Shown here: one piece after another, positions 39,540 through 52,063 of the stretch | Layout: every line of letters starts with the position of its first letter | Numbering within the stretch: the first letter of the stretch is position 1 | Source of the DNA: Anaeromyxobacteraceae bacterium | GTDB taxonomy: Bacteria > Myxococcota > Myxococcia > Myxococcales > Anaeromyxobacteraceae | Assembly (NCBI GenBank): GCA_047602405.1 | Contig: JASGHJ010000001.1 | Location: 640,001-704,000 of the forward strand | Direction: 5' to 3' | Length of the DNA stretch: 64,000 nt | The notes under the pieces: generated by a model | What the model saw: the letters and a program-made list of their open reading frames with translations, nothing else | Database searches by the model: none | What the model was told of the DNA's origin: nothing | Program-made: the position numbers and the translations under genes

Positions 39540-40964
39540 GTGTCCGGCACCGCCCCAGCCCGCGCCGCCCCGCCGGTCGACCACGCCCGCATCCCGCTCG
39601 CGCAGCTGGCGTGGCCGATCCTCGTCGAGAACGTGCTGCGCACCTCGCTCATGAGCGTCGACACGCTCATGCTCGCCCGCTACTCGGCCGAGGCGGTCGC
39701 GGCGATGAGCCTCGTGAACCAGTTCGCGTTCCTGGTCCAGCTCCTCTTCATGGTCGTCTCGGTCGGCGCGAGCGTTCACGTCGCGCAGAACCTCGGCGCG
39801 GGCCGGCGCTCCACCGCGGAGGTGTTCGCGGCGGCGAGCCTGGCCCTCGTGGTCGTCTTCGCGACCGTGATCTCCGCCGCGATGGCGCTCGGCGCGCCGG
39901 CGCTCGTCCGGGCCTACGGGCTCGCGCCCGGGGTCGCGAGCGGCGCCACGAGCTTCCTCGTCATCTACGGCGGCCTCTCCATCTTCACCGCCATCAACAT
40001 CGTCCAGGCGAGCATCCTCCGCTCCTTCGGCCACGCCCGGGATCCCATGGTCGTGAACGCGGCCTCGCTCGGGCTCGCGGTCGCCGGGAACGCGCTGTGC
40101 CTGTTCGGCCCGGAGGACTTCCCGGTGCGCGGCGTGCCCGGCGTCGCCTGGTCGACCGTGCTGTCGCAGGTCGCGGCGTGCCTCGCCTCGGCCTGGGCGC
40201 TCCGGCGGCGCGGGATCCACCTGCCGCTCCGCGGGCTGCGCGAGGTCCCGGCGCGGGTCTACCGCGCGATCCTCGCGGTGGGCGTGCCGACCGCGGGCGA
40301 GTACGTCTCGTACAACCTCTCCCAGGGCGCCATCCTCGCGATGCTGTCGACGATGGGCACGGACGCGCTCGCTGCCTACGGCATCGCGATGGCGGTGCTC
40401 CGGTACGTCTTCATCCCCGGCGTGTCGATCGGGGCCGCGGCCCAGCTGCGGGTCGGGTACCTCGTGGGCGCCGGGCGGCACGACGACGCCGCGCGCCGGG
40501 TGCTCGTCTACTTCGCGTGGGGGTTCGCCATCTCGGCCGTGCTCGCCGGCGCGGTCTACCTCGCGCGCGCGCCGCTCATCGCCGTCTTCACGGGCGACCC
40601 CGCGGTCGCCGGGCTGGTCGCGGCGGTGCTGCTCGTCGCGGTCGTGCACGAGCCCGGGCGCGACTTCAACACGATCATCATCCCCGCGCTGAAGGGTGCC
40701 GGGGACGTGAAGTTCCCGGTCTACGCGGGGCTCGTGTCGATGTGGGGCATCTCGGTCGCGGGCGCCTGGTTCCTGGGGCTGCGGATGGGCCTCGGGATCA
40801 CCGGCGTCTGGCTCGCGATGGCCGCCGACGAGTGGCTGCGCGGGCTCGCCATGGTCTGGCGCTGGCGCTCGGGCGTGTGGCGGCGGTTCAAGCTGCTCAC
40901 GCCGGAGGAGGAGCTCGGCGCGGTCGCGGGCAACGCGCAGGTGGCGACGGAGGAGGGGCTCTAA
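39540..40964 (+). CDS. MATE-family efflux transporter
   Basis: LAWPILVE, VDTLMLARYS, AQNLGAG, GVPTAGE, ALKGAGDVKFP, GVWLAMAADEWLRG. Confidence 0.9.
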   Translation: MSGTAPARAAPPVDHARIPLAQLAWPILVENVLRTSLMSVDTLMLARYSAEAVAAMSLVNQFAFLVQLLFMVVSVGASVHVAQNLGAGRRSTAEVFAAASLALVVVFATVISAAMALGAPALVRAYGLAPGVASGATSFLVIYGGLSIFTAINIVQASILRSFGHARDPMVVNAASLGLAVAGNALCLFGPEDFPVRGVPGVAWSTVLSQVAACLASAWALRRRGIHLPLRGLREVPARVYRAILAVGVPTAGEYVSYNLSQGAILAMLSTMGTDALAAYGIAMAVLRYVFIPGVSIGAAAQLRVGYLVGAGRHDDAARRVLVYFAWGFAISAVLAGAVYLARAPLIAVFTGDPAVAGLVAAVLLVAVVHEPGRDFNTIIIPALKGAGDVKFPVYAGLVSMWGISVAGAWFLGLRMGLGITGVWLAMAADEWLRGLAMVWRWRSGVWRRFKLLTPEEELGAVAGNAQVATEEGL

Positions 40965-41703
40965 CCCTGGCCCCGCCCGCCGCGCCGGCGGGCGTGGCGC
41001 TCGCGGCGCTCGAGGGCGGCCTCGGCCTTTGCGACGCGGCTGCGCTGCTTCACGGCGAGCAGGTAGTACCGCTCCCGCAGCGCCCCGGCCTCGGCCTCGG
41101 TGAGATCGCCGTGGCGGCCCCGCTCGGCGTGGCGCTTCTCGACCGCCTTCGCGAGCGAGATGGCGGCGGCGACCGAGACGTTGAGCGACTGCGAGAAGCC
41201 GTGCATCGGGATCGCGTAGGTGGCGTCGGAGAGCGCGACCGCCTCGTCGGTGACCCCGCGGTGCTCGTTGCCGAACACGAGCGCGACCTTGCCCGAGAAC
41301 CCGAGCTCGCCGAGCTCCCGCGGGCGGTGCCGGTCGTCGAGGTGGGTGGCGTAGATCGCGAAGCCGTCGGCGCGCAGCTTCTCGAGGCACTCGCGCGTGG
41401 TCTTCCAGCGCGTGACCTCGAGCCACTTGTCGGCGTTCTGCGAGATCTTCTTGTTGCGATCGAAGCCCTTCATCGGGCCCTCGATCACGTGCAGCGTCTG
41501 GACGCCGAAGGCCTCGCAGGTGCGGAGCACGGCGTTCACGTTCTGCGGATCGCAGAACGCCTCCATCACCACCGTCAGCGTGCGGGTGCGGCCGGCGACG
41601 ACCTCGTCGATGCGGGCCTTGCGCTCCGGGACGAGGAAGTCGGGCGCGCCGAGGGCGGGCCGCTCGCCGGCCTCGCCGGGGCCGCGCTCCGACGCCTCCT
41701 CGG

Positions 41704-41707
<4 letters not shown>
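40961..41707 (-). CDS. trmH: TrmH/SpoU RNA methyltransferase
   Basis: DPQNVNAVLRTCEAFG, FGNEHRGV, IPMHGFSQSLNVSVA. Confidence 0.88.
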
Positions 41708-42765
<1,058 letters not shown>

Positions 42766-42785
42766 ATGGACCCCACAGACGCGAA

Positions 42786-42814
42786 GCGCCGCGGACCTCG
42801 TGGGCCCGCGGCGC
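42786..42814 (-). terminator. GC hairpin after rpmA, terminator-like
   Basis: GCGCCGCGG...CCGCGGCGC 9-bp stem; weak U-tract. Confidence 0.4.
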
Positions 42815-42840
42815 CTGAAGTGCTGCTCCGCTCGAACGAG

Positions 42841-43098
42841 CTAGGCGCTCGGCTCGACCGACACGACCTTGCGGTCGCCGCGGGTGCGCGCGTACTTCAC
42901 GGTGCCGTCGATCTTGGCGAAGAGCGTGAAGTCCTTGCCCATGCCGACGTTCTTGCCCGGGTGGACGAGCGTGCCGACCTGGCGGACGAGGATGTTGCCG
43001 GCGAGGACCTTCTCGGACCCGAAGACCTTCACGCCGCGGTGCTGCCCAGGGGAGTCGCGCCCGTTGCGCGAGGAGCCCTGTCCCTTTTTGTGAGCCAT
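42841..43098 (-). CDS. rpmA: 50S ribosomal protein L27
   Basis: [16 protein letters not shown]. Confidence 0.98.
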   Translation of the reverse strand: MAHKKGQGSSRNGRDSPGQHRGVKVFGSEKVLAGNILVRQVGTLVHPGKNVGMGKDFTLFAKIDGTVKYARTRGDRKVVSVEPSA

Positions 43099-43161
43099 TT
43101 CGCGTGACCTCTGTGTTGCGTTACGGCGTGTTGCCGTGCGGCAGCAGTGTTCGGCGGGTGC

Positions 43162-43467
43162 CTACGCCCGGACCGTGGTGATGAGGACCTCGGTGTACGG
43201 CTGCCGGTGGCCCCGCTTCTTCGTCCAGCCTTCCTTCTTCTTCCGGAAGTGGACGACCTTCTTGTGCTTGCCCTGGCCGACAATCTCGCCCTCGACCGCC
43301 GCGCCGGAGACGACCGGCTTGCCGAGCTTCACGTCGCCCTCGCCGCCGACGAGCAGGACCTCGAACGAGATCTTGCCGCCGACGTCGCCGCCGAGCTTCT
43401 CGACCTTGAGCCGATCGCCCTGCGCGACGCGGTACTGCTTGCCGCCGGTCTTGATCACCGCGTACAT
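43162..43467 (-). CDS. rplU: 50S ribosomal protein L21
   Basis: [14 protein letters not shown]...GHRQPYT; GAGGAG RBS. Confidence 0.97.
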   Translation of the reverse strand: MYAVIKTGGKQYRVAQGDRLKVEKLGGDVGGKISFEVLLVGGEGDVKLGKPVVSGAAVEGEIVGQGKHKKVVHFRKKKEGWTKKRGHRQPYTEVLITTVRA

Positions 43468-43571
43468 CGCCTTCTCCTCGGAATCTGGGGAGGTTTTCAC
43501 CCGGGACGCCCGCCTCTGCCTCGATGAAGCACAGTGCAAGGGCGCTGGTCCGGGGCCTCCGGAAGGCGGGT

Positions 43572-43601
43572 CGTATACGATCCGCGGCGCCCCCCTGTCA
43601 A
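43572..43601 (-). promoter_or_regulatory. Sigma70-type promoter of rplU-rpmA
   Basis: TTGACA-N18-TATACG on the minus strand. Confidence 0.5.
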
Positions 43602-43679
43602 GAAGTCCAGGCAGTACAGGGATTTCGGGCGCTTACCGCGCCGTGTCCGGCACCCGCGGGATCGGCCAGGATCCTGATC

Positions 43680-44150
43680 CTACAGTCCAAAATGGGCGGG
43701 CGAGAGCTTCTTCCAGTCGCAGTACTCGCGGAGCTCCTTCTTCACGAGCCCCCACGTCAGCGCGATCGCGAGCATGTCGTCCGTCCAGCCGAGCGGGACG
43801 AGGAAGTCCGGGATGAGGTCGATCGGCGAGAGCACGTAAGCCACCCCCGCCAGGATCGCGGCGATCGCCTTCCACGGCACCTTGCGGTAGCTGCCCTGCC
43901 AGTAGTCCTTCAGGATCATCCCCAGGAGCCGCAGCTTCGCCCACAGGTTCGCCGGGCCCGCCTTCGCGTACCAGGGCGGCGAGGCGAGGAAGCCCTCCAC
44001 CGCGGCGGCCTTCTCGCCCACCTCGCGCGGGGTCACGTCCTCGGCCTCCCGGGCGAGCGAGCTCGCGGCGGCGTCGCGGCACGACAGGCACTCGGCGTTC
44101 GAGCCGAGGGTGCGCTTGCAGGCGGGGCAGATCGGCTTCGGCTTCGGCAT
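43680..44150 (-). CDS. YkvA/DUF1232-family protein with N-terminal CxxC...CxxC
   Basis: [21 protein letters not shown]. Confidence 0.85.
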   Translation of the reverse strand: MPKPKPICPACKRTLGSNAECLSCRDAAASSLAREAEDVTPREVGEKAAAVEGFLASPPWYAKAGPANLWAKLRLLGMILKDYWQGSYRKVPWKAIAAILAGVAYVLSPIDLIPDFLVPLGWTDDMLAIALTWGLVKKELREYCDWKKLSPAHFGL

Positions 44151-44193
44151 GGGATCGGAATCCTACCGCCGGCGCCCGCCGCCGGGCAGTGCA

Positions 44194-45108
44194 TCAGCCC
44201 CGCCGGGGCCTGCGGTACACGCCGGGCGGGAGGTCCTGCTCGCCGGTGGGGCCGACGTCGACCACGTCGTGGAAGCGGCGGTAGTCGATGGTCTGCCGGC
44301 CGGTGCGCTCGTCGGTCTGCACGATCTCCCGGAAGCGCGCGTCCCAGCGGATGCGCGGCGCCGGGTAGACGTGCCGCGCGTGGATCATCGAGAGCCGCTG
44401 CTCGTCGTAGCCGTTGAGCGTCACGACGATCTCGGCCTCGCGCGCGGCGAGCGTCGCCTCCGACTCGTTCCGGAGCGGGCTGTCGTGGTCGAGGTAGTGC
44501 ACCGCGGTCCAGGCATGCGTGAAGAGCACCGTGCCGCCGCGCGAGAGCGCGAGGTCGTGCGCGCGGCGGGTGGTGTGGCCCTCCTCGTCCGGCTCGTCCC
44601 AGATGAGCAGCGCCGCGACCTTCGCCTGCACGATGTGGCTCGTGCGCTCGTTCGCCATGCGGAACATGAGCGCGCGCCCCGCGGCCGCCGGCCCCACCAC
44701 CGCGACCTCGCTCCAGAGCACGCGGGCCCGCGGCAAGGAGAACTTGCCGAAGATGATGCCCGCGCCCACGCCGACCTCGAGCCAGCGGACGAAGCCCTCG
44801 AGCGAGGTGATGGTCCCGTTGAGGAGCCACGCCCCGCTGAGCGGCGGCGCGGCCTCGGGCGGCGCCTGCAGCGCGGCGAGGAGCGACGCCAAGAGCGCGC
44901 CGGCGTCGATGCGCTTCGCGGCGAGGAGGAGGTGCGCGAGCGCGAACACCGCCTGCGTGCCGAACCAGACGAGCGCGTACGTGACGACGAGGCGGGTCCA
45001 GGAGCCGGTGACGAGCGTGTGGTAGGCGTCCGCGAGCGGGCGGCGGCGGAGGCCGACCACGCGCGAGGTGCGCGCGCCGAAGACCCGGGTGCTCTCGATC
45101 TCGGCCAT
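44194..45108 (-). CDS. KirBac-like inward-rectifier channel homolog with degenerate pore
   Basis: [57 protein letters not shown]; no TxGYG. Confidence 0.8.
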   Translation of the reverse strand: MAEIESTRVFGARTSRVVGLRRRPLADAYHTLVTGSWTRLVVTYALVWFGTQAVFALAHLLLAAKRIDAGALLASLLAALQAPPEAAPPLSGAWLLNGTITSLEGFVRWLEVGVGAGIIFGKFSLPRARVLWSEVAVVGPAAAGRALMFRMANERTSHIVQAKVAALLIWDEPDEEGHTTRRAHDLALSRGGTVLFTHAWTAVHYLDHDSPLRNESEATLAAREAEIVVTLNGYDEQRLSMIHARHVYPAPRIRWDARFREIVQTDERTGRQTIDYRRFHDVVDVGPTGEQDLPPGVYRRPRRG

Positions 45109-45120
45109 GCCCGCCCGAGC

Positions 45121-47292
45121 TTACCGCACCTCCACCTCCAGCGAAGGCGCCCAGGCGGCCGAGCCGCCGTTCTTCTCGAGGCTGCAGTAGGGCGTCGTCT
45201 GGTCCTGGTAGTCCCACTGCTGGTCGTTCCAGGTGGGGATGCGGTCGACGATCGGCGACTGCCCGACGTAGAGCCCGTTCTGCGCCCAGGTGCCGGACAC
45301 CCAGTTCTTCACGATCGTGGTGACGTCCCAGGCCTGCGCGCCCGCCGCGGTGGGCGCCGGCACCCACCACGAGCCCGCGGCGTAGATCTGCGGCAGCGTC
45401 CGGAAGGTGACGGTGGCCGGGTTCCACGCGGACGCGAGCGCCCAGACCTGGTAGCGGGCGTCGTCCACCGGGTGCGGGGCGAGGCCGCACGGCCACATCA
45501 CGAGCGCCGCGCTGACCACGGTCTTGCCGGCGAGCGCGGCGGTGTCGAAGCGGAGCGCCGTGCCCGCGCAGTTGTGGTGGAGGCCCTGCCCGCCCGGGCC
45601 CACCGTCCAGCTGAAGAAGCAGCCGACGGCGTCGTGGTCGTTCGCGGTGTTGACGAGCTCGTTCCCGGGCACCGCGGTGCTCTCCATCACGAACGCGTCG
45701 CCGGTCGCGCGCAGCACGAGGGTGCTCGAGGTCGTGAAGGTGACGACGTTCGACGGCGGGGAGGAGGCGGTCCCCTTCGTCGCGCGCACGCGGAACCCGT
45801 GGGTGGTCCCGGGGGTGAGGCCGGTGACGCCGGTGGAGGTCACCGCGCCGACCCTGAACGCCTCGGTGAACGGCCCCGCCGCGGCGAGCGCGTAGTCCAC
45901 CGCGTAGCCGTCCGCGCCGCTCGCGGCGGTCCAGGCGAGGGCGGCGGTCGTCGCGGTGACGTTCGAGACCGAGAGCCCCGAGGGCGCGCCGACCGCGGCC
46001 GTGGTCGTGGCGGCGTAGGTCGTCGTGTAGAAGCCCGGCGACCAGGTGCCGCCGCCGACCGGCGACGGCGCGAAGAGCGGCAGCGCGCGCAGGCGGTAGT
46101 GGTAGGTGGTCCCCGGCGCGAGGCCGGTGTCGTCCCACGTGGCGTCCGGCGGCGCGCCGAAGACGTAGTTGCCGAGCCGCGCCACCTCCGACCACGGGCC
46201 CGACGCCGAGGCCGCGCGCTCGATGCCGACGCCGCCGCAGACGTTCCAGGTCCACCCCACCCGCACCGAGGTGGTGTAGAGCGCGGTCGCGCTGGTGCCG
46301 TCGAGGCCCGGGCAGATGACCCCGGCGAGGACGGGGCCGTTGTAGATCGTGACCTGCGCCCAGCCCGAGGGCGACGCGCCGTTCACCGCGCGGACGCGGT
46401 ACCAGTTGCCCGCGAGCGGGAGCGGGGACGGGTCGACGTACGAGCTCGCCCCCGCGGCGAGGGCCTGCGTCGCGCCCCAGGTGCTGCCGTCCGGCGAGCG
46501 CTGGACCTCGTAGCCCGTCTCGTCCGTCGCGGCGTCGGTCCAGCCGAGCCGGATGACGACGCTCGAGCCGGCGAGCTCCTGCGCCGCGGCGAGGCCCGTC
46601 GGCGCGGCGGGGGCGGCGGCCGCGGAGGTGGTGCCGGACGCCGCGGCGGCGTAGCCCGAGACGCCCGCGGCGTTCACCGCGCGGACCCGGTAGTGGTACG
46701 TCTGGCCCGCCGCGAGGCCGCCGTCGTCCCAGGCCGAGGCGTTCGCCGCGGCGGTGCCCACGAGGCCGAACGGCCCCTGCGCGGCGATCGCGCGCTCGAT
46801 CTCGAAGCCGGTCTCGTCGGTGGACTGGTCGGCCCAGGCGACGCGCAGCCCGCTCGCGGAGAGGGGCGACACGCTCACCGCCGCGGGCGGCGCGGGCGCG
46901 GCCGGCGCCGACGCCGGCGGCGTCGCGCTCGCCTCGGCGCTCCACGCGGACGGGCCTCCCGCCCCCACCGCGCGGACCCGGTAACGGTACGCCGTCCCGG
47001 TCACGAGCCCGCCGTCGCTGTAGCCGGACGCGGGGGCGGCGGGGCTCGCGAGCGCCGTGAAGGCGCCGCCCGCGCCGGCGGCCCGCTCGAGCTCGTAGCG
47101 GGTGATCGGGTCGGCCGGGGCGGACCAGCCGAGCGCCACGCTCGTCGAGGAGGTGGGCGTGGCGGCGAGGCCGGTCGGGGCCGCCGGCGGGAGGGCGTCC
47201 GGCGTGCCCCCGCCGCCGCCCCCACCACCGCAGGCGCCCGCGGCGAGCGCGAGGCAGGCGAGGACCGTGAGGGGGAGGGAGGGGCGGGGCAT
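45121..47292 (-). CDS. Fibronectin type III repeat lipoprotein
   Basis: Lipobox AGAC plus Gly run; about five FN3 repeats (APTGL..., YRYRVRAV); C-terminal beta domain ([10 protein letters not shown]). Confidence 0.85.
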   Translation of the reverse strand: MPRPSLPLTVLACLALAAGACGGGGGGGGTPDALPPAAPTGLAATPTSSTSVALGWSAPADPITRYELERAAGAGGAFTALASPAAPASGYSDGGLVTGTAYRYRVRAVGAGGPSAWSAEASATPPASAPAAPAPPAAVSVSPLSASGLRVAWADQSTDETGFEIERAIAAQGPFGLVGTAAANASAWDDGGLAAGQTYHYRVRAVNAAGVSGYAAAASGTTSAAAAPAAPTGLAAAQELAGSSVVIRLGWTDAATDETGYEVQRSPDGSTWGATQALAAGASSYVDPSPLPLAGNWYRVRAVNGASPSGWAQVTIYNGPVLAGVICPGLDGTSATALYTTSVRVGWTWNVCGGVGIERAASASGPWSEVARLGNYVFGAPPDATWDDTGLAPGTTYHYRLRALPLFAPSPVGGGTWSPGFYTTTYAATTTAAVGAPSGLSVSNVTATTAALAWTAASGADGYAVDYALAAAGPFTEAFRVGAVTSTGVTGLTPGTTHGFRVRATKGTASSPPSNVVTFTTSSTLVLRATGDAFVMESTAVPGNELVNTANDHDAVGCFFSWTVGPGGQGLHHNCAGTALRFDTAALAGKTVVSAALVMWPCGLAPHPVDDARYQVWALASAWNPATVTFRTLPQIYAAGSWWVPAPTAAGAQAWDVTTIVKNWVSGTWAQNGLYVGQSPIVDRIPTWNDQQWDYQDQTTPYCSLEKNGGSAAWAPSLEVEVR

Positions 47293-47470
47293 GGCGGGGC
47301 TCCGAGGCAGGGGAGGAACGCCCTCGACTCTTTCAGGGCCCCTTCCCGCGCGGGAGGGCCGCTGCCCCGAATCCCGCTGGGCCACCACCCGCGCGAGCAG
47401 GTAGGGCCTCGACCCACATCGTGCGTGGCGCACGGCTTCCCGGCGGGTTCCACGCTAGAGTTCCCTCTCC

Positions 47471-48910
47471 GTGTCACCGCCCATCCCCACGATCGTGCTC
47501 GAGCCCGGGTCCGAGCGGCCCGTGTACCTCCAGATCGCGCACGCGCTCATGGCGGAGATCCACCGCGGGCGGTTCCAGCCCGGCGACGCGCTCCCCGGCT
47601 ACCGCACGCTCGCGAACGAGCTCGGCGTCTCGCGCAACACGGTGATGGCCGCCTACCGCGAGCTCGCGGCGGAGGGCTGGCTCGTGGCGGCGCCCGGCGA
47701 GGGCAGCCAGGTCGCGCCCAGCCCGCCGCAGCGGCTGCCGGGCAAGACGCCGTCGAGCGGCGGCATGGGCTTCGACCTCCACCGCGGCCCCGACCCCGCC
47801 GCGCCGGACGCCGCGCGCAACCTGCTCCGCGTCGCGACCGGCAACCCGGACCCGCGCCTGCTGCCCGGGGCGGCGCTCGCGCGCGCCTACCGGCGTGCGC
47901 TCACCGTGAACCCCCGCGGCACGCTCGCGGTGGACGACCCGCAGGGCCTGCCGGCGCTGCGCGAGGCGCTCGCACGGTCGCTCCGCGAGGGTCGCGGCAT
48001 GGCCGCCTCGCCGGAGCGGCTCGTGGTCACCCGCGGCGGACAGATGCCGCTCGCGCTCGTGGCGCACGCGCTCCTCGGCCCCGGCGACGCCGTCGCGGTC
48101 GAGGCGCTCGGCGGGCGCGACAGCTGGGAGGCCTGCGTCCGCGCCGGCGCGCGCTGCCTGCCCGTGCCGGTGGACGCGGGCGGGCTCGACGTGGACGCGC
48201 TCGAGGCGCTGCTCGCGACCGAGCGGCTGCGGGCGGTGCTCGTCACGCCGGTGCGCCAGTACCCGACCGTCGTCGCCCTCGCGCCCGACCGGCGCGAGCG
48301 GCTGCTCGCGCTCGCCGCGCGCCACCGCATCGCGATCCTGGAGTCGGATCACGACTCCGAGTTCCAGTTCGACGGCGCCGCGCCGCCGCCGCTCGCCGCG
48401 CAGGACGCCGCCGGCGTGGTGGTGCACGTCGGCTCGCTCTCGAAGGTCTTCAGCCCGGGCCTGCGCCTCGGGTTCGTCCACGCGCCGAAGCCCCTCGTCG
48501 CGGAGCTGCGCTCGGCGCGCGACGCGCTCGACCGGCACGGCGACCCGGCGCTCGAGCGCGCCATGGCGGAGCTGCTCGAGGACGGCGAGATCGGCCGGCA
48601 CCTCAACCGCATGCACCAGGTCTACCGCCACCGGCGCGACGTCCTCGCCGGCGCGCTCCGCCAGCACCTCGGCGACGCGCTCGAGGTCGAGGTGCCCGCC
48701 GGCGGGCTCGCGTTCTGGGCGCGCGCCCGGAAGGACCTCGATGTGGACGCCTGGGCGCGCCGGGCGCTCGAGCGCGGCGTGTCGTTCCAGGCGGGGCGGC
48801 AGTTCGCGTTCGACGGCGGGCCCGTGCAGGGGCTGCGGATGGGCTTCTCCTCCTACGACGACGCGGAGCTCGTCGAGGTCGCGCGCCGGATGGGCGAGGC
48901 CCTGCCGTGA
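47471..48910 (+). CDS. MocR/GabR-family PLP-dependent transcriptional regulator
   Basis: Gnt[22 protein letters not shown]; aminotransferase domain with [14 protein letters not shown]. Confidence 0.92.
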   Translation: MSPPIPTIVLEPGSERPVYLQIAHALMAEIHRGRFQPGDALPGYRTLANELGVSRNTVMAAYRELAAEGWLVAAPGEGSQVAPSPPQRLPGKTPSSGGMGFDLHRGPDPAAPDAARNLLRVATGNPDPRLLPGAALARAYRRALTVNPRGTLAVDDPQGLPALREALARSLREGRGMAASPERLVVTRGGQMPLALVAHALLGPGDAVAVEALGGRDSWEACVRAGARCLPVPVDAGGLDVDALEALLATERLRAVLVTPVRQYPTVVALAPDRRERLLALAARHRIAILESDHDSEFQFDGAAPPPLAAQDAAGVVVHVGSLSKVFSPGLRLGFVHAPKPLVAELRSARDALDRHGDPALERAMAELLEDGEIGRHLNRMHQVYRHRRDVLAGALRQHLGDALEVEVPAGGLAFWARARKDLDVDAWARRALERGVSFQAGRQFAFDGGPVQGLRMGFSSYDDAELVEVARRMGEALP

Positions 48911-51900
48911 GCACCGAGCTCGCGCCGCTGGACGATCGCCTCGCGCTGAAGGGGCTGCTCGGCGAGGGCGGCATGGGCCACGTGCACCGCGCCTTCGACC
49001 GGAGCCTCGAGCGCGCCGTCGCCGTGAAGTTCCTGCGCGGGGACGATCCGCGAGAGACCGAGCGGCTCGTGCTCGAGGCGCGCCTGCAGGCGCGGGTCGA
49101 GCACGAGAACGTGGTGCGGGTGCATGCCGTCGGCACCCTCGGCGGCCGTCCGTGCCTCGTGCTCCAGCTCGTGGAGGGCCGGACGCTCGCCGAGCTCGCG
49201 ACGGGCCTGCCCCTCGCGACCCGGGTCGAGCTCGTGCGCCAGGCGGCGCTCGGGCTCCACGCCGCGCACCAGCAGGGGCTCGTGCACCGCGACGTGAAGC
49301 CCGGCAACGTGCTCGTGGAGGAGGGCCCCGGCGCGCCGGTGGCGCGGCTCGGGGACTTCGGCCTCGCCCACGGCGAGGAGGGCGGGCTCACCCGCTCCGG
49401 GTTTCCCGCCGGCACGCTCGAGTACATGGCGCCCGAGCAGCTCGCCGGGACCGGCCCCGCGGACTTCCGCGCCGACGTCTACGCGCTCGGGGCGACGCTC
49501 TACGCGGTGCTCGCCGGGAGGCCGCCGTTCGGCGCTGCAGGGGGCCTGGCCCCCTCCCCGTCGGGGCACCTCGCGCGCGGCGCCGGGAGGTCGGACCCCT
49601 CGAGCCTGCTCCGCGGCATCCTCTCGCAGGACCCGCCGCCGCTCGGCGCCGCGGCGCCCCCCGAGCTCGCCCTCGTCGCCGCCCGCGCGATGGAGAAGGA
49701 GCCCGCGGCCCGCTACCCCTCCGCGCTCGCGCTCGCCGAGGACCTCGGCCGCTTCCAGCGCGGCGAGCCGGTGCTCGCGCGTCCCCCCTCCCTCGGGGAG
49801 CGGGCGGCGAAGTGGGCCCGCCGCAACCCCGCCGCCGCGCGGGCGGTGGCGGTGGCGGTCGTGGCGGTGCTGCTCGGGTTCGGCTGGGCGGCCCTGGCCG
49901 AGCGCCGCGCCGGCCTCGACGCGCTCGAGGCGGCGCGGCTCGGCGCCGATGCCCAGCGGATGGAGAGCGCGCTCCGGGTCGCGCACCTCTCCCCCGCGCA
50001 CGATCTCTCGCCCGTCTACGCCACCATCCGCGCCAAGGTGGACGAGCTCGAGCGCACGACCGGCGCCGCCGGCGCCGCCGCGCGGGCCTTCGCGGTCGGC
50101 CGCGGGCTCCAGCTCCTGCGCGCCGCCGAGCCCGCCCGCGCCGCGCTCGAGCAGGCCTGGTCGCTCGGGTTCCGGCGCCCCGAGGCGGCGCTCGCGCTCG
50201 GCCTGCTCGACGGCGAGCGCTACGCCCGCGAGCGCCAGCAGCTCCCGCGCATCGACGACGCGCGGCGAAAGGACGCGTGGATCGCCGAGCTGCGCGCGCG
50301 CTTCCGCGAGCCCGCGGTCGCGCGCCTGCGGCTCGCCGCGGCCTCCACTGCCGCCGACCGGGCGCTGCTCGAGGCCCGGATCGCGCTCGTGGAGGAGCGC
50401 CACCTCGAGGCGGCGACGCTCGCGCGGCAGGCCCGGGAGGCCGGCGCGGATCCGCTCGAGGCGAGCACCCTCGAGGGCGAGGCCTTCTTGGGCCGCGCGC
50501 TCGAGCTCTACGAGGTGCGGGACCTCGACGGGACCCTCGCGCCGCTCGCGCAGGCCGTGACGGCGCTCCGCCGCGCCGCGGAGATCGGCCGCAGCGCGCC
50601 GCGGCCCAGGCTCCTGCTCGCCCAGGCGCTCATGCACGAGCAGACGGCCCTGCAGCAGCGCGAGCCCGTCCGGAAGGACCGCTTCGACGAGGCCCTGCGG
50701 GTGCTCGACGAGGGGCTCGCGCTCGACGCGTCGGACCCGGAGCTCCTGGTCGCGCGCTCGGAGATCGTCGCCGAGCAGGGCCGGATCGCCCGGCAGCTCG
50801 GCGTCGACCCCGGCCCGTTCCTCGTCGAGGCCGTGCGCGCCGCCGACGCCGCGACCCGCGCCGCGCCCGCGGACCGCAGCGCGTGGGAGCGCCTCGCCTG
50901 GGCCTGCCTGAACTACGCGCGCGAGCTGCGCGACGCGCGGTACGAGGTCGACTGGGCCTGGGAGAAGGGGATCGCCGCGGCGACGCGGGCGGGCGAGCTC
51001 TCCCCCGGGTCGAGCGTGCCGCCGTCGCTCCTCTCCCAGATGCACACCGACCGGGCCGAGACGACCGAGATCCGGGGCGGGGACGCGCGCGCCGACATCG
51101 ACGCCGCGCTGGTCGCCGCCCGCCGGGTCGCCGACATCGGCGACCGCCCGATGGTCTCGAAGGTGCTCCTCGGGCTCGCGCTCCGGCAGGACGCGACCTC
51201 GCGCTGGTCGCGCGGCGAGGACCCCGACCCGCGCTTCTCGGAGGCCGTGCGGGTCATGGGGGAGGCCTGGAGGTACTCCGAGGGCCAGGCGGCGCAGGCC
51301 GGCCACGGCGTGCAGATCGCGGTCCTCTGGGCGGAGGCCGCGCTGCTCGAGGGGCGTGCCCCCACGGCCGCGCTCACCGCGGTCGTGCCCTGGGCGGCGA
51401 CCCTCGCGGCCCGGGTGGACTCCGACGCGATCGCCGCCGCGCAGCTCGCCGAGCTCGCCACGCTGCAGGTGCAGGCGAAGGTCCTCGCCGGCGAGGACCC
51501 GGCCGGCGACCTCGCGCGCGCGGTGCCGCTCGTCGAGCGGGTGGTGAGGTCCGGCGTGTACCCGCCGATGCGCGGCCGCCTCGCGGAGCTCGAGCTCCAC
51601 CGGGCGGCGTGGCTCGCCGCCCACGGGGGCGACCCGGCGCCGGCGCTCGCCGCGGCGAGGCGGCACGCCGAGCTCATGAAGGTGGCCGACCCGTCCCTGC
51701 CCGACGGGTGGCGCCTCGAGGTGGAGGCCGTCCTCGCGACGCCGGCGCCGGGGGAGGCCGAGCTCGCCCGCGCGCGCGCCGCCTCCGAGAAGATGCTCGC
51801 GCTCACCCCCGCCGATCCCCGGCTGCTGGCGCTGCGCGGCCACGTCCTCCTCGCGAGCGGCGACCGCGAGGGGGCCCGCGCCGCGCTCGCGAAGGCCGAG

Positions 51901-51954
51901 GAGCGCGGCGCCCGGCTCGCGTGGACGAGGACGCTGCGCGAGAAGCTCCGCTGA
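48907..51954 (+). CDS. Ser/Thr protein kinase with TM segment and long TPR-like region
   Basis: [33 protein letters not shown] overlap with the MocR gene. Confidence 0.9.
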   Translation: MSTELAPLDDRLALKGLLGEGGMGHVHRAFDRSLERAVAVKFLRGDDPRETERLVLEARLQARVEHENVVRVHAVGTLGGRPCLVLQLVEGRTLAELATGLPLATRVELVRQAALGLHAAHQQGLVHRDVKPGNVLVEEGPGAPVARLGDFGLAHGEEGGLTRSGFPAGTLEYMAPEQLAGTGPADFRADVYALGATLYAVLAGRPPFGAAGGLAPSPSGHLARGAGRSDPSSLLRGILSQDPPPLGAAAPPELALVAARAMEKEPAARYPSALALAEDLGRFQRGEPVLARPPSLGERAAKWARRNPAAARAVAVAVVAVLLGFGWAALAERRAGLDALEAARLGADAQRMESALRVAHLSPAHDLSPVYATIRAKVDELERTTGAAGAAARAFAVGRGLQLLRAAEPARAALEQAWSLGFRRPEAALALGLLDGERYARERQQLPRIDDARRKDAWIAELRARFREPAVARLRLAAASTAADRALLEARIALVEERHLEAATLARQAREAGADPLEASTLEGEAFLGRALELYEVRDLDGTLAPLAQAVTALRRAAEIGRSAPRPRLLLAQALMHEQTALQQREPVRKDRFDEALRVLDEGLALDASDPELLVARSEIVAEQGRIARQLGVDPGPFLVEAVRAADAATRAAPADRSAWERLAWACLNYARELRDARYEVDWAWEKGIAAATRAGELSPGSSVPPSLLSQMHTDRAETTEIRGGDARADIDAALVAARRVADIGDRPMVSKVLLGLALRQDATSRWSRGEDPDPRFSEAVRVMGEAWRYSEGQAAQAGHGVQIAVLWAEAALLEGRAPTAALTAVVPWAATLAARVDSDAIAAAQLAELATLQVQAKVLAGEDPAGDLARAVPLVERVVRSGVYPPMRGRLAELELHRAAWLAAHGGDPAPALAAARRHAELMKVADPSLPDGWRLEVEAVLATPAPGEAELARARAASEKMLALTPADPRLLALRGHVLLASGDREGARAALAKAEERGARLAWTRTLREKLR

Positions 51955-52063
51955 GGTCCCGCCGCACGGCGCGCCCGGGCGACGACCCGCCGGGCCCTGC
52001 CCGGACCGCGGCGGACCGGGCGGGTGCCTCGCCCGGACGCCGGGTCGTGTTGACCTTGGGTGG

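Noticed and set aside
43099..43161. Structured RNA or tRNA between rplU and rpmA
   Set aside because: It is too short, and no cloverleaf or T-loop motif is recognisable.
44110..48906. 2614-aa ORF as a giant protein
   Set aside because: The N-terminal part is a stop-free shadow of real genes in high-GC DNA; the kinase starts at 48907.
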